Assembly (NCBI GenBank): GCA_963976765.1
Contig: CAXBME010000007.1
Location: forward strand, 1 to 64,000
Source: an uncultured Planctomycetaceae bacterium
Lineage (GTDB): Bacteria > Planctomycetota > Planctomycetia > Planctomycetales > Planctomycetaceae
DNA: 64,000 nt
Direction of reading: 5' to 3'
Part shown: piece by piece, positions 1 to 10,302 of the stretch
Layout of the letters: each line of letters opens with the position of its first letter
Numbering within the stretch: the stretch's first letter is position 1
Notes under the pieces: generated by a model
Databases searched by the model: none
What the model saw: the letters and a program-made list of their open reading frames with translations, nothing else
What the model was told of the DNA's origin: nothing
Made by a program: the position numbers and the translations under genes

Positions 1-100
1 CTCCTTGTGCCCCAGCTTGTGCTCCAAAGGCAGCTTCATGTGCAGCTCCTTGTGCCCCAGCTTGTGCTCCAAAGGCAGCTTCATGTGCAGCTCCTTGTGC
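1..100 (+). repeat. 45-bp perfect tandem repeat (2 copies plus a partial)
   Basis: ctccttgtgccccagcttgtgctccaaaggcagcttcatgtgcag at 1-45 and 46-90; partial copy at 91-100. Confidence 0.95.
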
Positions 101-320
101 ATCAGCCTGTGCTCCTAAGACGAGCTGCTGCGTTGCTCGCTCTGGCTGCTGCGAAAAGAAGTGCTGGAGCATGCCTAAGTTGAGCCTTCCTAAGCTCAGC
201 ATGCCAAAGCTTTGTCTGCCAAAGCTGCCAAAGTGCAGCCTGCCTAAGCTTCGCCTGCCAAGCTTCGGTGGCAACAACTGCTGCGGAAGCTGCAGCTCTT
301 GCGGTGCCTGCGGACACTAA
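1..320 (+). CDS. Cys/Pro/Ala-rich repeat protein, 5'-truncated by the window edge
   Basis: Frame from nt 3 reads PCAPACAPKAASCAA x2, PCASACAPKTSCCVARSGCCEKKCW, several xxPKL-type units, then FGGNNCCGSCSSCGACGH and TAA at 318-320. A terminator follows. Not in the ORF track because the start lies outside the window. Confidence 0.85.
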   Translation, partial: PCAPACAPKAASCAAPCAPACAPKAASCAAPCASACAPKTSCCVARSGCCEKKCWSMPKLSLPKLSMPKLCLPKLPKCSLPKLRLPSFGGNNCCGSCSSCGACGH

Positions 321-334
321 TCGACGATGATTCT

Positions 335-374
335 CAGCCCTCGGTTGTTTTGACAATCGAGGGCTGTTTGTTTT
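335..374 (+). terminator. Intrinsic terminator
   Basis: cagccctcg...cgagggctg stem followed by tttgtttt, 14 nt after the TAA. Confidence 0.8.
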
Positions 375-724
375 CCCCACCATAGCTGCCTGTCACATTT
401 TCTTTTGACAATTCTGGCAGCCCCTTCTGACGGATTCTGCCCACTCGATTGACACCTGCGTACGGTCAGCGAAAGCTGTCGTCAGAAACAAGCTCATCAA
501 CACTCGCGGCGGCTGATCAAACGAATGATCAGTCGCCGTTTCTCATTGGCCTCGCACAGATTGTCGAGGTTTCAGGCGAAAGCGGCTGAGTGCTTCATTC
601 TGGCAGAAGAATCGGTTATCAAGGATGTAGCTCGCGGGGCAAATGCCGCTGGCCAGCCCCTCAGAATTGATGAGCCCACCTGCGTCGATTCCGCCGTTCG
701 CCCTGAACGCTTTTTGAGGTCTCT

Positions 725-3181
725 GTGCAAGTCCGATTTCCAATCACAGTTTGCACCCTGGTTGCTTGTGCCGTGCAGAGTTCGTTCGGCGTTGCGTCGG
801 ACTTTGACAAGGATGTGCTTCCGATTCTGCAGCGTCGGTGTGTGTCCTGCCATGGTCCTGACGACATCAACGGCAATGTCCGACTCGACACGCTTTCGAC
901 AAATCTAGTGAAGGATTCAGCTGCTGCGGAAACCTGGCACGACGTTCTGAATGTGCTGAACCTTGGAGAAATGCCACCCGAAGACGAAACGCCGCTGACC
1001 ACCAGAGAACGCGAAGTTCTGGCTGGCTGGATCACCGAGCAGATCGAACACGCTGTGCAGGTTCGCAGAAGCACCGGTGGCCAGGTTGTCATTCGCCGGC
1101 TCAACCGAACTGAATACCGCAACACGATGCGCGATCTGCTGGGGCTCGACCTGAAGTATGGCCCCAATCTGCTGCCAGATAGTCCGGGCGAAGACGGGTT
1201 CACGAACAACGGTTCAGCGCTGGGGATGTCGGCTCTTCAGCTGGAGAGTTACCTGGAGTCAGCTCGCAGCGCGTTAAGTCGGGCGATCGTCACTTATGAC
1301 AAGCCGGTCATTGTCGACGGCATGGCCACCGAAACAACTACCGACAAAATCAAGGGCAACTGGACCAGTATTCTGGGACGATCAGGTACGTTCGTGTTTC
1401 GTTCCACCGAGTTTCCTGACGAAGGTGACTTTCTCATTCGAGTCAGGGGTCGTGCAATCCTGCCAGACAACGCCCCGTACCCTCAACTGCGAGTGGTGTT
1501 GGGTTACCGGGCGGATACGCAGACTCCATCCGAAGAAGTCGGAATCCTTGAGGTCACAAGCGAAGAGTTTCAGGACTATGAATTCCGAGGTCGGCTCGAA
1601 AACTTTCCAATTCAAAGCCGGTCGCAGAGCAAGTATCCCGGACTGTTGATCTGGCTGAACAATGCTTACAGCGACGGAAAGCCCGCACTGAAACCTCGGC
1701 AGGAAGTGATCGAAGAGCCGAACGTCGAATCCTCGAACGCGGTCACCAGCAGGAAAGAAAAAAAAGCAAAGCAGAAGAAACCGAAAACTCGGACGGTCTA
1801 TCCGCTTGATCCGAGTTTTCCGAAGATCGAAATCGAGTCCGTCAGTTTCAAAGCTCCCGTTTTTGAAAGCTGGCCGCCAGCGCACCACACTCGCATTCTG
1901 TTTTCGAGCGACTTCGCCCAAAGCGACTCAGCCGCCTACGCACGCGACGTTCTTAGGCGATTCATGCGGCGAGCGTTCCGCCGACCTGTCGCAACCGACG
2001 ACGTCGACATGATGCTTGAATACTTTCTGGAAGTGCGACCGACGTTTGCTTCCTTCGAAGAAGCCATGCGTGAAACTCTGGCGATGGTCCTGATCTCGCC
2101 CGACTTTCTTTATCTGGTCGAACCCTCGTCGGGTAAAAGTCGAACTCTGACGGATCATGAGTTTGCATCGCGACTTTCGTATTTTCTCTGGAGTTCAATG
2201 CCCGACGATCGACTGTTCGAACTCGCCAGTTCCGGACAACTTCGCGATTCAAAGAAGCTTGTTGCGGAAGTTGACCGGTTACTCGACGACGCGCGGTCAT
2301 GGGATTTCGTCGAACAGTTCAGCGATCAGTGGCTCGACCTTTCCGGTATGAATCGAGTTGCCGTTAACCCTGATTACTACCCGACGTTCCGCAACGAGTT
2401 GAAGCCTCACATGCAGCGTGAAACGCAGCACTTCTTTAACGAAGTGCTGCGCAGTAACGTGAGTTCGCTCGCGTTCCTCGACTCCGACTTCGCCATGCTG
2501 AATCAGCCAATGGCCGAGCACTATGGACTGCCCGGCCCGCGAGGAATCAAATTCGAACGGGTTGCACTGAATAAAGACCAGCGACGCGGAGGACTGCTTG
2601 CTCAGGCGTCAGTGCTTCTTGCTAACTCATCGGGCGAGGATTCGCACGCGATTCTGCGAGGCGTCTGGATCCGCAAACGGCTGCTGGGTGATCCGCCGGC
2701 TCCTCCTCCGCCGAACGTTCCCAACCTCGACCAGCAGGATCGCGACATTGCCAGTCTGCCACTGAAGGAGCAATTGAAAGAGCACCGGGAAAATGAAGCT
2801 TGTGCAAGGTGCCACTGCGGCATCGATCCCTGGGGAATTGCACTCGAAGAGTTTGATGCTGTCGGTCTGCTGCGAGACAGGATTCAACGGAAGTCGGGCA
2901 AGAAGATGCTCGAGTTCGACGTTGATGCCAAAGCGACGTTACCCGGTGGCCACGAAGTTGACGGTCTCGACGATTTGAAAAATCACTTGCTGACCGAGAA
3001 ACGCGAACAGTTTGCCCGTACGCTGGTCAGCAGAATGTTGTCCTACGCACTCGGTCGATCGCTGGAGCTGAGTGATCATGAAACCATCGACAGACTGACG
3101 GAACAGTTCATTGAGAGTGACTACAAACTTAAGAATCTGATTCAACTGATTGTCATGAGCGACGCATTCGGCTCGAAGTAA
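725..3181 (+). CDS. Planctomycete cytochrome c / DUF1592-family (PSD domain) protein
   Basis: Signal peptide, CVSCH and CARCH heme motifs, RRLNRTEY, RLSYFLWSSMPD and RGVWI motifs typical of DUF1587/1592/1588/1585 proteins. Confidence 0.9.
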   Translation: MQVRFPITVCTLVACAVQSSFGVASDFDKDVLPILQRRCVSCHGPDDINGNVRLDTLSTNLVKDSAAAETWHDVLNVLNLGEMPPEDETPLTTREREVLAGWITEQIEHAVQVRRSTGGQVVIRRLNRTEYRNTMRDLLGLDLKYGPNLLPDSPGEDGFTNNGSALGMSALQLESYLESARSALSRAIVTYDKPVIVDGMATETTTDKIKGNWTSILGRSGTFVFRSTEFPDEGDFLIRVRGRAILPDNAPYPQLRVVLGYRADTQTPSEEVGILEVTSEEFQDYEFRGRLENFPIQSRSQSKYPGLLIWLNNAYSDGKPALKPRQEVIEEPNVESSNAVTSRKEKKAKQKKPKTRTVYPLDPSFPKIEIESVSFKAPVFESWPPAHHTRILFSSDFAQSDSAAYARDVLRRFMRRAFRRPVATDDVDMMLEYFLEVRPTFASFEEAMRETLAMVLISPDFLYLVEPSSGKSRTLTDHEFASRLSYFLWSSMPDDRLFELASSGQLRDSKKLVAEVDRLLDDARSWDFVEQFSDQWLDLSGMNRVAVNPDYYPTFRNELKPHMQRETQHFFNEVLRSNVSSLAFLDSDFAMLNQPMAEHYGLPGPRGIKFERVALNKDQRRGGLLAQASVLLANSSGEDSHAILRGVWIRKRLLGDPPAPPPPNVPNLDQQDRDIASLPLKEQLKEHRENEACARCHCGIDPWGIALEEFDAVGLLRDRIQRKSGKKMLEFDVDAKATLPGGHEVDGLDDLKNHLLTEKREQFARTLVSRMLSYALGRSLELSDHETIDRLTEQFIESDYKLKNLIQLIVMSDAFGSK

Positions 3182-3213
3182 AAACTTGAAGCGACATACT
3201 TCCTGAAAATTGA

Positions 3214-3341
3214 ATCGCGGAGGACGGAGAGTAAAAAACACAGCGATCGTGGAGAGCAAATTAACAACCACGATCCGACCAGTGACTTTCGGAGCGACGT
3301 TCTCCGGCTCCTCAGCGTTAATCCTCTCCGTCCTCGGCGAT
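3214..3341. repeat. Intergenic inverted repeat (REP/MITE-like)
   Basis: atcgcggaggacggagag (3214-3231) vs ctctccgtcctcggcgat (3324-3341): 17/18 complementary. Confidence 0.6.
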
Positions 3342-3365
3342 CAAAACACCAGAAAGACCAGAACC

Positions 3366-4691
3366 ATGAAATCATGGCAACTTGACCGAAGAACACTCCT
3401 GCAGGGAGTTGGAGTTTCGCTGGCATTGCCCATGCTTAATTGTATGGGGGCAGAGGCCAGCCAGGCCTCGCGTCCCAAACGGTTTTGCGCGGTGTATTTT
3501 CCGTACGGCAGCGTCTTTCAGAACGACGACTCCGAATTCGCGAAATGGAACTGGACGCCGACCGGCGGAGGGCGTGATTTCGCCTTCGGAGAGATTCACC
3601 GTTCGATGGAGCCACTGCGGAATGACCTGATCATGGTCGAAGGCCTGTCGCATCCGAACGGGCGATCGATGGGGGGACACGACACCGCCGACATCTGGCT
3701 GACTGGCTCAAAGCTGGCCGGCAGCCGTATGAAGAACACGATGTCGCTCGACCAGCTCATCGCCGGACATTATCTCGATCAGACCCGGTATTCATCACTC
3801 GTCATGTCGACAGACGGCGGCGTGGGCGAGCCAACGCGGTCCAGCACGCTTTCCTACAATCGGAACGGGCAACCGATTCCGGCTCAGAACAAACCTCGCG
3901 TTGTGTTTGATCGATTCTTCGGAATCACGTCGGACTCTGTCGATTCTCAGCGGTCGAGCCTGCTGCGCACGGGCAGCATGCTCGACAGAGTCCTCGAACA
4001 TTCGCGAGCCGTGCGCCGCAAGCTCGGTCAGCACGATCAGAGAAAGTTTGATGAGTATCTGGCATCCGTCCGACAGATCGAGAAGGGTGTCGAGCGGTCG
4101 AAACAGTGGCTCGAAATTCCAAAGCCTCGCGTCGACGAAGTCGGCCTGAGTCTGGACGCGGATGACTCAACGCCTCGGGAACTGATTCAGACGATGTATG
4201 ACCTGATGTTCCTGGCTTTTCAGACCGATTCGACGCGTGTCGCGACCTACCAGCTTGGCAACATGAACGGCGCGACGTCGATTGCCGGCAAGTTCCCGCA
4301 GTTGCTTGGTCTGGGCAAAAATATGCACACCCTTGCTCACGGCGGAGCCAAGGGAAAAGGCGGAGAAGAACTCGGCAAGTGGCACCAGTTTCTGGTCGAC
4401 CAGATGGCCCGGTTCCTGACGCGTCTGAAATCGACCGAAGAAGGCGACGGAACCTTACTGGACCACACGATTGTCCTTTACGGCAGCAGCAACAGTCAGA
4501 CTCACCGCAACGCCAATTACCCGCTGATGCTTGCCGGTGGCCACAAACTCGGCTTCAAGCATGGCCAGCTGATCAAGTCCGACGAAAAAACTCCGCTGTC
4601 CAACGTCTACGTCACGGTTCTGAACCAGCTCGACATCAATGCCGGCTCTTTCGCCGACAGCACGGCCACACTGGACGAACTCTGTGTTTGA
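3366..4691 (+). CDS. DUF1552 domain protein
   Basis: LDRRTLLQGVGVSLALP Tat-like N-terminus, FQTDSTRVAT and GTLLDHT motifs; usual partner of DUF1592. ATG 3366 preferred over the track start 3210. Confidence 0.9.
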   Translation: MKSWQLDRRTLLQGVGVSLALPMLNCMGAEASQASRPKRFCAVYFPYGSVFQNDDSEFAKWNWTPTGGGRDFAFGEIHRSMEPLRNDLIMVEGLSHPNGRSMGGHDTADIWLTGSKLAGSRMKNTMSLDQLIAGHYLDQTRYSSLVMSTDGGVGEPTRSSTLSYNRNGQPIPAQNKPRVVFDRFFGITSDSVDSQRSSLLRTGSMLDRVLEHSRAVRRKLGQHDQRKFDEYLASVRQIEKGVERSKQWLEIPKPRVDEVGLSLDADDSTPRELIQTMYDLMFLAFQTDSTRVATYQLGNMNGATSIAGKFPQLLGLGKNMHTLAHGGAKGKGGEELGKWHQFLVDQMARFLTRLKSTEEGDGTLLDHTIVLYGSSNSQTHRNANYPLMLAGGHKLGFKHGQLIKSDEKTPLSNVYVTVLNQLDINAGSFADSTATLDELCV

Positions 4692-4882
4692 GATGCACGC
4701 TGTTCGACTCTGGTGACAGGCCCCCTTCGGATTTCAGCGCAGTCGCTGCCGGTTGATCAGAAACAAAACGGGATTGGCTGGTAGCCTGGCTGGCAACGTT
4801 GGCATCCTTCGGTCAAGTCTGCGCGTTGTGTTCAGTGGTGGCAGGCCGGTCGCGCTGGGAAGTTTGAAAAGCGAACAATGCC

Positions 4883-5992
4883 ATGAAAATTACCAATGTC
4901 CGAGCCTGCCAGCCGATGACGCTGACTTCTCCTGACGACTGGCGAACCAGTATCGGGCAGATTCTCGTTGCCGTTGATACCGACGCTGGCGTGACCGGCT
5001 ACGGAGTCGGCGGCGGCGGATTCGCAGGGATTCACGTGGTTCGGACTGTGCTGCGTGATCTGCTGCTTGGAAAGGATCCGGCGCACGTCGAGTCACTCTG
5101 GCAGGAGATGTTTGATTCGACGCTGGCGTTCGGGCAGAAGGGGCTCGTCCTGATGGCGATTTCCGGAGTCGATCTCGCGCTGTGGGATCTTCGTGGCCGA
5201 GTCGAAAATACGAGCGTCTCCAAATTGCTCGGCGGAGCAAAACAGAATCGCCTGCCGACATACATCACCGTCTGGGATAATGACGCGATGGACGATGTGG
5301 CGGCGAGTCCTCATCAGGGATTCAAGTTGCATCTCGGCGGTCAGTTGCCGGAAGAAGATGGCAGCACCGAAATGTTTGCAGACCGCGTTGCCGATCAGCT
5401 TCAACGAGCTCGGGCGGCGATTGGGCCGGATCGGGAATTGATGGCCGATGCGTGGATGAAGTGGAACCTCGAAGAAACCCAGGCCGTGATCGCACGCGTC
5501 TCCGATCTGAATCTCAGCTGGCTGGAAGAACCGCTGCCCGTTCACGACGAAGCTGGCTACGCAGAGCTTGTCGAAAAGTCGCCTGTCCCGATCGCTGGCG
5601 GCGAGCACGAATACACGTCGACAGGATTCAGGAATCTGGCCGAACGCCGATTGCATACGGTGTTGCAACCGGATGTTTGCTGGCTCGGCGGCATGACGGA
5701 GTTGATCCGAGTATACAGAATCGCAGCCGAGTTTGGCTTACGCGTTTGTCCGCACCGTGGCGCCGAGCTGTGGTCGCTGCCGGCGATTGCGGCTCTCGAT
5801 CACGGACCTGCTGAACTTTTGGCCGAGTCCGGTCGCCCGTGGATGTCGTGGGTGGTCGGGCAACCTTCCATTGAGAATGGTTTCGTTGAGGTGCCCGACC
5901 GACCAGGCTTTGGCGTCGAGATTGACGAAGCGTCGATCACCGCCTATCCCACGCCGTCCTACGACGAGTGGCGAAAGTGCCAGATCGAGTAG
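4883..5992 (+). CDS. Mandelate racemase/muconate-lactonizing family enolase (probable sugar-acid dehydratase)
   Basis: AISGVDLALWDL, KxH, MADA, WLEEP, AGGEH and QPD motifs. Confidence 0.88.
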   Translation: MKITNVRACQPMTLTSPDDWRTSIGQILVAVDTDAGVTGYGVGGGGFAGIHVVRTVLRDLLLGKDPAHVESLWQEMFDSTLAFGQKGLVLMAISGVDLALWDLRGRVENTSVSKLLGGAKQNRLPTYITVWDNDAMDDVAASPHQGFKLHLGGQLPEEDGSTEMFADRVADQLQRARAAIGPDRELMADAWMKWNLEETQAVIARVSDLNLSWLEEPLPVHDEAGYAELVEKSPVPIAGGEHEYTSTGFRNLAERRLHTVLQPDVCWLGGMTELIRVYRIAAEFGLRVCPHRGAELWSLPAIAALDHGPAELLAESGRPWMSWVVGQPSIENGFVEVPDRPGFGVEIDEASITAYPTPSYDEWRKCQIE

Positions 5993-6012
5993 GGTGGCAT
6001 TGCCCACCCTGC
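5989..6012. repeat. GTAG-type REP-like palindrome
   Basis: gtagggtggcattgcccaccctgc, overlapping the enolase stop codon. Confidence 0.6.
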
Positions 6013-6051
6013 AGATTATTAGTTGACTACGGGCTACAAATCGGACTTGAA

Positions 6052-6858
6052 ATGGTTGATCTCCCGCTGCCCGCTGTCTGCATGCTGAGCGTGCTTGGCG
6101 TTGCCAGCTTTATCGTGCTTTCTCTGGCCGCGTATCGACTGTGGCATCGCCTCCCGATCCTGCCTGGGACGGATGAGCCGCTGCCGGTGGCTCAGTCAAT
6201 TTCAGTCATCGTCGTGGCTTCGTGGATCGGGATGCAGCTTCTGACGCTGGTCGGCGAGCCAGTCAATACGGGGCGACTTCCAACGGTTGCAGATGTGCAA
6301 TTGACCTGTCAGTTCAACGTGCTTCTGTTTCTGGCGATCCTTGTTCCGATGACCTATTCAACGACCGGTGTCGAGGCGTTCGGATTTCATCTGAAAGAAC
6401 TGAGGCAACAGGTTTCTGACGGTGTGCTCGGATTTTCGGCGGCGGTCCTGCCGGTGCTGGGAGTTTGGCTGCTGACGCTGCCCTGGCGAAGTACCAGCAA
6501 TTCCCACGGTCTGCTTCAGCTCCTTGAACAGGATCGTTCTTTTACGACGTTGTTCTGGATCGTGGTCGCGGCAGTGGTTCTGGCTCCGCTGGTCGAAGAG
6601 CTGATCTATCGCGTCGTGCTGCAAACCTGGTTGCAGAGAATTGCGCCGCCGCGTGAAGCACTGTTTGCCGTTGCGGTAATCTTCGCCGCGGTGCATCGCC
6701 TGCCGGATGCCATCCCACTGCTGCCGCTTGCTCTTGTACTGGGATATGTGTATCAGCAACGACGCTGTTTTCTGAGCGTCGTTTTGCTGCACATGTTGTT
6801 TAACGCGGTGAATTTGATTCTCGCCGTGCTGACGATCCCAACGTCTTCGACGCCTTGA
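6052..6858 (+). CDS. CPBP (CAAX/Abi) intramembrane metalloprotease
   Basis: Multi-TM with EELIYR, FAAVH and HMLFN motifs. Confidence 0.85.
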   Translation: MVDLPLPAVCMLSVLGVASFIVLSLAAYRLWHRLPILPGTDEPLPVAQSISVIVVASWIGMQLLTLVGEPVNTGRLPTVADVQLTCQFNVLLFLAILVPMTYSTTGVEAFGFHLKELRQQVSDGVLGFSAAVLPVLGVWLLTLPWRSTSNSHGLLQLLEQDRSFTTLFWIVVAAVVLAPLVEELIYRVVLQTWLQRIAPPREALFAVAVIFAAVHRLPDAIPLLPLALVLGYVYQQRRCFLSVVLLHMLFNAVNLILAVLTIPTSSTP

Positions 6859-6898
6859 TTTTCACCGATTGCGTGTCCTTATCCGGAGCCATTCTTAA

Positions 6899-7693
6899 AT
6901 GGACCTGAAACTTCACGACAAAGTTGTCCTCGTCACTGGAGGCTCGAAAGGTATCGGAGCTGGAATCGTTCGATCGTTCCTGGCGGAAGGGGCTCGCGTT
7001 GCCAACGTGAATCGCAGCACGAAGGAAGGACTTGCTCTGGAAGCGGAGTATGCAGCGCTGGGCAAGGACTGCTTCTTTATTCAGGGAGACCTCACCGACG
7101 TCGATGCCTGCCGCCACGCGGTTGAAACGACGATACAGAAGTTTGGCCGCATCGACATTCTAGTGAACAACGCCGGAGTCAACGATGGCGTGGGACTCGA
7201 CGCCGGCCCGGACGCGTTCGTCGAATCGCTCAGGCGAAATCTGATCCACTGCTATGCCCTCGTCCATTACGCTCTCGACGAGTTGAAAAAATCGCAGGGC
7301 GTGATCATCAACATCAGCTCGAAGGTCAGCGTGACCGGGCAGGGTGGAACATCAGGATACGCGGCCGCGAAGGGCGGAATCGACGGACTGACTCGCGAGT
7401 GGGCTGTTGACCTCGCGGCGGACGGGATCCGGGTCAACACTGTCGTGCCTGCCGAAACGTGGACGCCGCTCTACGAAAACTGGCTGAACACGATGCCCGA
7501 TCCAACCGGCAGCCGAGCCGCCATCGAACGCATGATTCCGCTGGGGCAACGATTTACGACCGTCGAAGAAATGGCCGACATGGTTGTCTTTCTCGCCTCG
7601 CCACGTTCCAGTCACACGACCGGCCAGATCATCTATGTCGATGGCGGCTACACTCACTTCGACCGGAAATACACACCGCCAGTCGAGAGTTGA
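6899..7693 (+). CDS. SDR oxidoreductase (L-fucose dehydrogenase-like)
   Basis: TGGSKGIG, NNAGVND, YAAAK and TTGQIIYVDGGY motifs. Confidence 0.88.
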   Translation: MDLKLHDKVVLVTGGSKGIGAGIVRSFLAEGARVANVNRSTKEGLALEAEYAALGKDCFFIQGDLTDVDACRHAVETTIQKFGRIDILVNNAGVNDGVGLDAGPDAFVESLRRNLIHCYALVHYALDELKKSQGVIINISSKVSVTGQGGTSGYAAAKGGIDGLTREWAVDLAADGIRVNTVVPAETWTPLYENWLNTMPDPTGSRAAIERMIPLGQRFTTVEEMADMVVFLASPRSSHTTGQIIYVDGGYTHFDRKYTPPVES

Positions 7694-7710
7694 GAGTTCG
7701 ATGAGGCAGA

Positions 7711-9039
7711 ATGACTGACATCCAGCCAGCTCGATCATCTGGCCCGCTCGCCATCATCGGCCCGGGCTTACTTGTTGCCGCAACCGGCGTTGGCGCGGGA
7801 GATCTGGCAACCGGTGCGCTGACGGGGTCACGGCTGGGTGTCGCCGTTCTTTGGGCAGTTCTTCTCGGAGCGGTCATTAAGTTTGTGCTGAACGAGGGGC
7901 TTGCGAGGTGGCAACTCGCGACAGGTTCGACCGTTCTGGAAGGCACGGCTCGGCACTTCGGTCGCGCGGCGATTTGCACATTCCTGGTTTATCTGTGTGT
8001 CTGGAGTTTCTTTGTCGGTTCCGCACTGATGAGTGCTTGTGGCATCGCCGCGCACGCGATCCTGCCGCTGGTCGATCCATCAACTGACAAAGTGATCTAT
8101 GGAATCCTGCACAGCATCGTCGCGCTGGGGCTTGTCTTCGCAGGCGGGTATCGCCTGTTTGAAAAGGTGATGAGCGTTTGCATCGGCGTGATGTTTATCA
8201 CCGTTCTGGCGACGACGGTGGCTATTCAGCCGGACTGGGCAGTCGTCGCCAGCGGCGTGTTTATTCCGACGATCCCTCAGCTCAACGATGGCGGGCTGAA
8301 ATGGACGATCGGCCTGATGGGCGGAGTCGGCGGGACGGTCACTGTCCTTTGTTACGGCTACTGGATCCGCGAAGACCGTCGCGAAGGACTGGGCGAGTTG
8401 CGAACCTGCCGTCTCGACCTGCTGACTGGCTACGTCGCGACAGCCATCTTCGGCATGGGGATGGTCATCCTGGGCAGCCGAATCGATGTCGACTCCGGCG
8501 CGAAGGGAGCCACACTGATCGTACAACTGGCCGACCAACTGAAAACCTCGCTCGGAGCACTCGGCTCGACCGCTCGTATTGCTTTTCTGATCGGTGCCTG
8601 GGGAGCCGTCGCCAGCAGCATGCTGGGAGTCTGGCAAAGCGTCCCGTATCTCTTTGCGGACTGCCTCCGAATGGTCCGCCCCAGGGTCGCAACTCTTACT
8701 TCCAGCTCGATCGCCGCCGAAAACGACGACACGATAACGCAGGCTGCGGCTTCGTACCGAGCGGACAGCAACTCACCAATTTACCGCTGTTCGCTGGTCG
8801 CAATCGCCACCTTTCCTGCCCTCGGACTGTTCGTCAGCTTCAGCCGAATCCAGCTTGCCTATGCCGTGGTTGGAGCTGCCTTCATGCCAATCCTCGCCAT
8901 CGCCCTGCTGTTTCTGAACGGAAGCCCCAAACGCATCGGCGAAGCCGGTCGCAACACACCACTGGCAACAGCGTCCTTAATCGCCGTCGTCGCCTTCTTC
9001 GTCTGGGCCGGCGCTTACGAGATCGCTGATATGATGTAG
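7711..9039 (+). CDS. Nramp-like divalent cation/solute transporter
   Basis: GPGLLVAATGVGAGD N-terminal motif, about 11 TM segments. Confidence 0.8.
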   Translation: MTDIQPARSSGPLAIIGPGLLVAATGVGAGDLATGALTGSRLGVAVLWAVLLGAVIKFVLNEGLARWQLATGSTVLEGTARHFGRAAICTFLVYLCVWSFFVGSALMSACGIAAHAILPLVDPSTDKVIYGILHSIVALGLVFAGGYRLFEKVMSVCIGVMFITVLATTVAIQPDWAVVASGVFIPTIPQLNDGGLKWTIGLMGGVGGTVTVLCYGYWIREDRREGLGELRTCRLDLLTGYVATAIFGMGMVILGSRIDVDSGAKGATLIVQLADQLKTSLGALGSTARIAFLIGAWGAVASSMLGVWQSVPYLFADCLRMVRPRVATLTSSSIAAENDDTITQAAASYRADSNSPIYRCSLVAIATFPALGLFVSFSRIQLAYAVVGAAFMPILAIALLFLNGSPKRIGEAGRNTPLATASLIAVVAFFVWAGAYEIADMM

Positions 9040-9197
9040 AAGAGCATCTCGACCAGAAACGCCTGCCCGCTCCTTGCAATGCTTGCACGGCAGTTTCAGA
9101 ATGACGCCGCGTCGGGTCTGCATTTTCCGGCGTACGTCTGAATTGCCCACCAGCATCTCGATGCACGATCGCTTTGCATCGTTTCAGGGAGTCTGTC

Positions 9198-10229
9198 ATG
9201 AGTCGCGTTTTGTTTCTGTTACTCACCGTTCTTGTTCTGACGGAATCTCAGTCAGCGTTTGCTGCCGATGATGATGGTTCAAAAGACGCAAAGCAGAAAG
9301 AACCTCGCAAAGTATTCACGTCTCCCGAAGATGCCGGAGACGACTACCCACTCCAGGGTGAATACTCGGGGACGATCAAGTCCGGCAGCGGTGACATCAA
9401 AATCGGCGTTCAGGTAATCGCTCTGGGTGATGGCAATTTTCGAGCAGTTGCTTACCCTGGTGGATTGCCGGGCGACGGTTGGAAAAAAGAACTGCTCAAG
9501 TATCAGGCCGAAGCTAAACGAGACGGCGATACGATTCGTTTTTCCCTGCTCGGCCAGGGCAGCGGCGAACTCACCAGCAGCGGCATTTCGATTCAGAACA
9601 GCGAAGGCGTCGTCATCGGCGATATTCCTAAAGTGAATCGAAAGAGTCCGACACTCGGCAGCAAGCCTCCCGAAGGAGCCGTCGTTCTGTTTGACGGTTC
9701 AACGGCTGAGCATTTCAAAGGAGGTCGACTCACCGACGACAAGCTGCTGATGGAAGGCGTGACTTCGAAAGAGCTGTTCGACAGTTTCAAGCTGCATCTG
9801 GAATTTCGACTGCCCTTCATGCCGTACGCTCGCGGGCAGGGCCGAGGAAACAGCGGCTTGTACATGCAGGGGCGTTACGAAACCCAGATTCTGGATTCGT
9901 TTGGCCTTGAAGGAAAAAACAATGAGTGCGGCGGCGTCTATTCGATCAGTGATCCGTCCGTAAATATGTGCCTGCCGCCGCTCGTCTGGCAGACGTACGA
10001 CGTCGACTTCACAGCGGCGAAGTACGATGACAACGGCAAGAAAACCGCCAACGCTCGCATGACTGTTCTGCTTAACGGAGTGAAGGTTCACGACAACCTG
10101 GAACTTCCTCGCGGCACAACAGCCCACCCTGTCAAGGAAGGTCCAGAGCCGGGCCCCGTTTATCTGCAGAACCACGGAAACCCGGTCCGATTCAGAAACA
10201 TCTGGGTCGTCCCGACCGATGCCAGCTAA
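9198..10229 (+). CDS. DUF1080 (3-keto-disaccharide hydrolase-like) secreted protein
   Basis: Signal peptide; [24 protein letters not shown] and FRNIW motifs. Confidence 0.88.
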   Translation: MSRVLFLLLTVLVLTESQSAFAADDDGSKDAKQKEPRKVFTSPEDAGDDYPLQGEYSGTIKSGSGDIKIGVQVIALGDGNFRAVAYPGGLPGDGWKKELLKYQAEAKRDGDTIRFSLLGQGSGELTSSGISIQNSEGVVIGDIPKVNRKSPTLGSKPPEGAVVLFDGSTAEHFKGGRLTDDKLLMEGVTSKELFDSFKLHLEFRLPFMPYARGQGRGNSGLYMQGRYETQILDSFGLEGKNNECGGVYSISDPSVNMCLPPLVWQTYDVDFTAAKYDDNGKKTANARMTVLLNGVKVHDNLELPRGTTAHPVKEGPEPGPVYLQNHGNPVRFRNIWVVPTDAS

Positions 10230-10302
10230 GTGCGAATTGTCTGCAGCTGGATTCAGCTGACGAAAATGAAGCTGGCTAAACGATCGTTGAAACAGGCGTC
10301 GC

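Noticed and set aside
1..100. Tandem repeat as a CRISPR array
   Set aside because: The copies are directly adjacent with no spacers, the unit is a multiple of 3, and it encodes a peptide repeat; no cas genes
102..383. Minus-strand 93-aa ORF from the track
   Set aside because: Antisense shadow of the Cys-rich + strand CDS and its terminator
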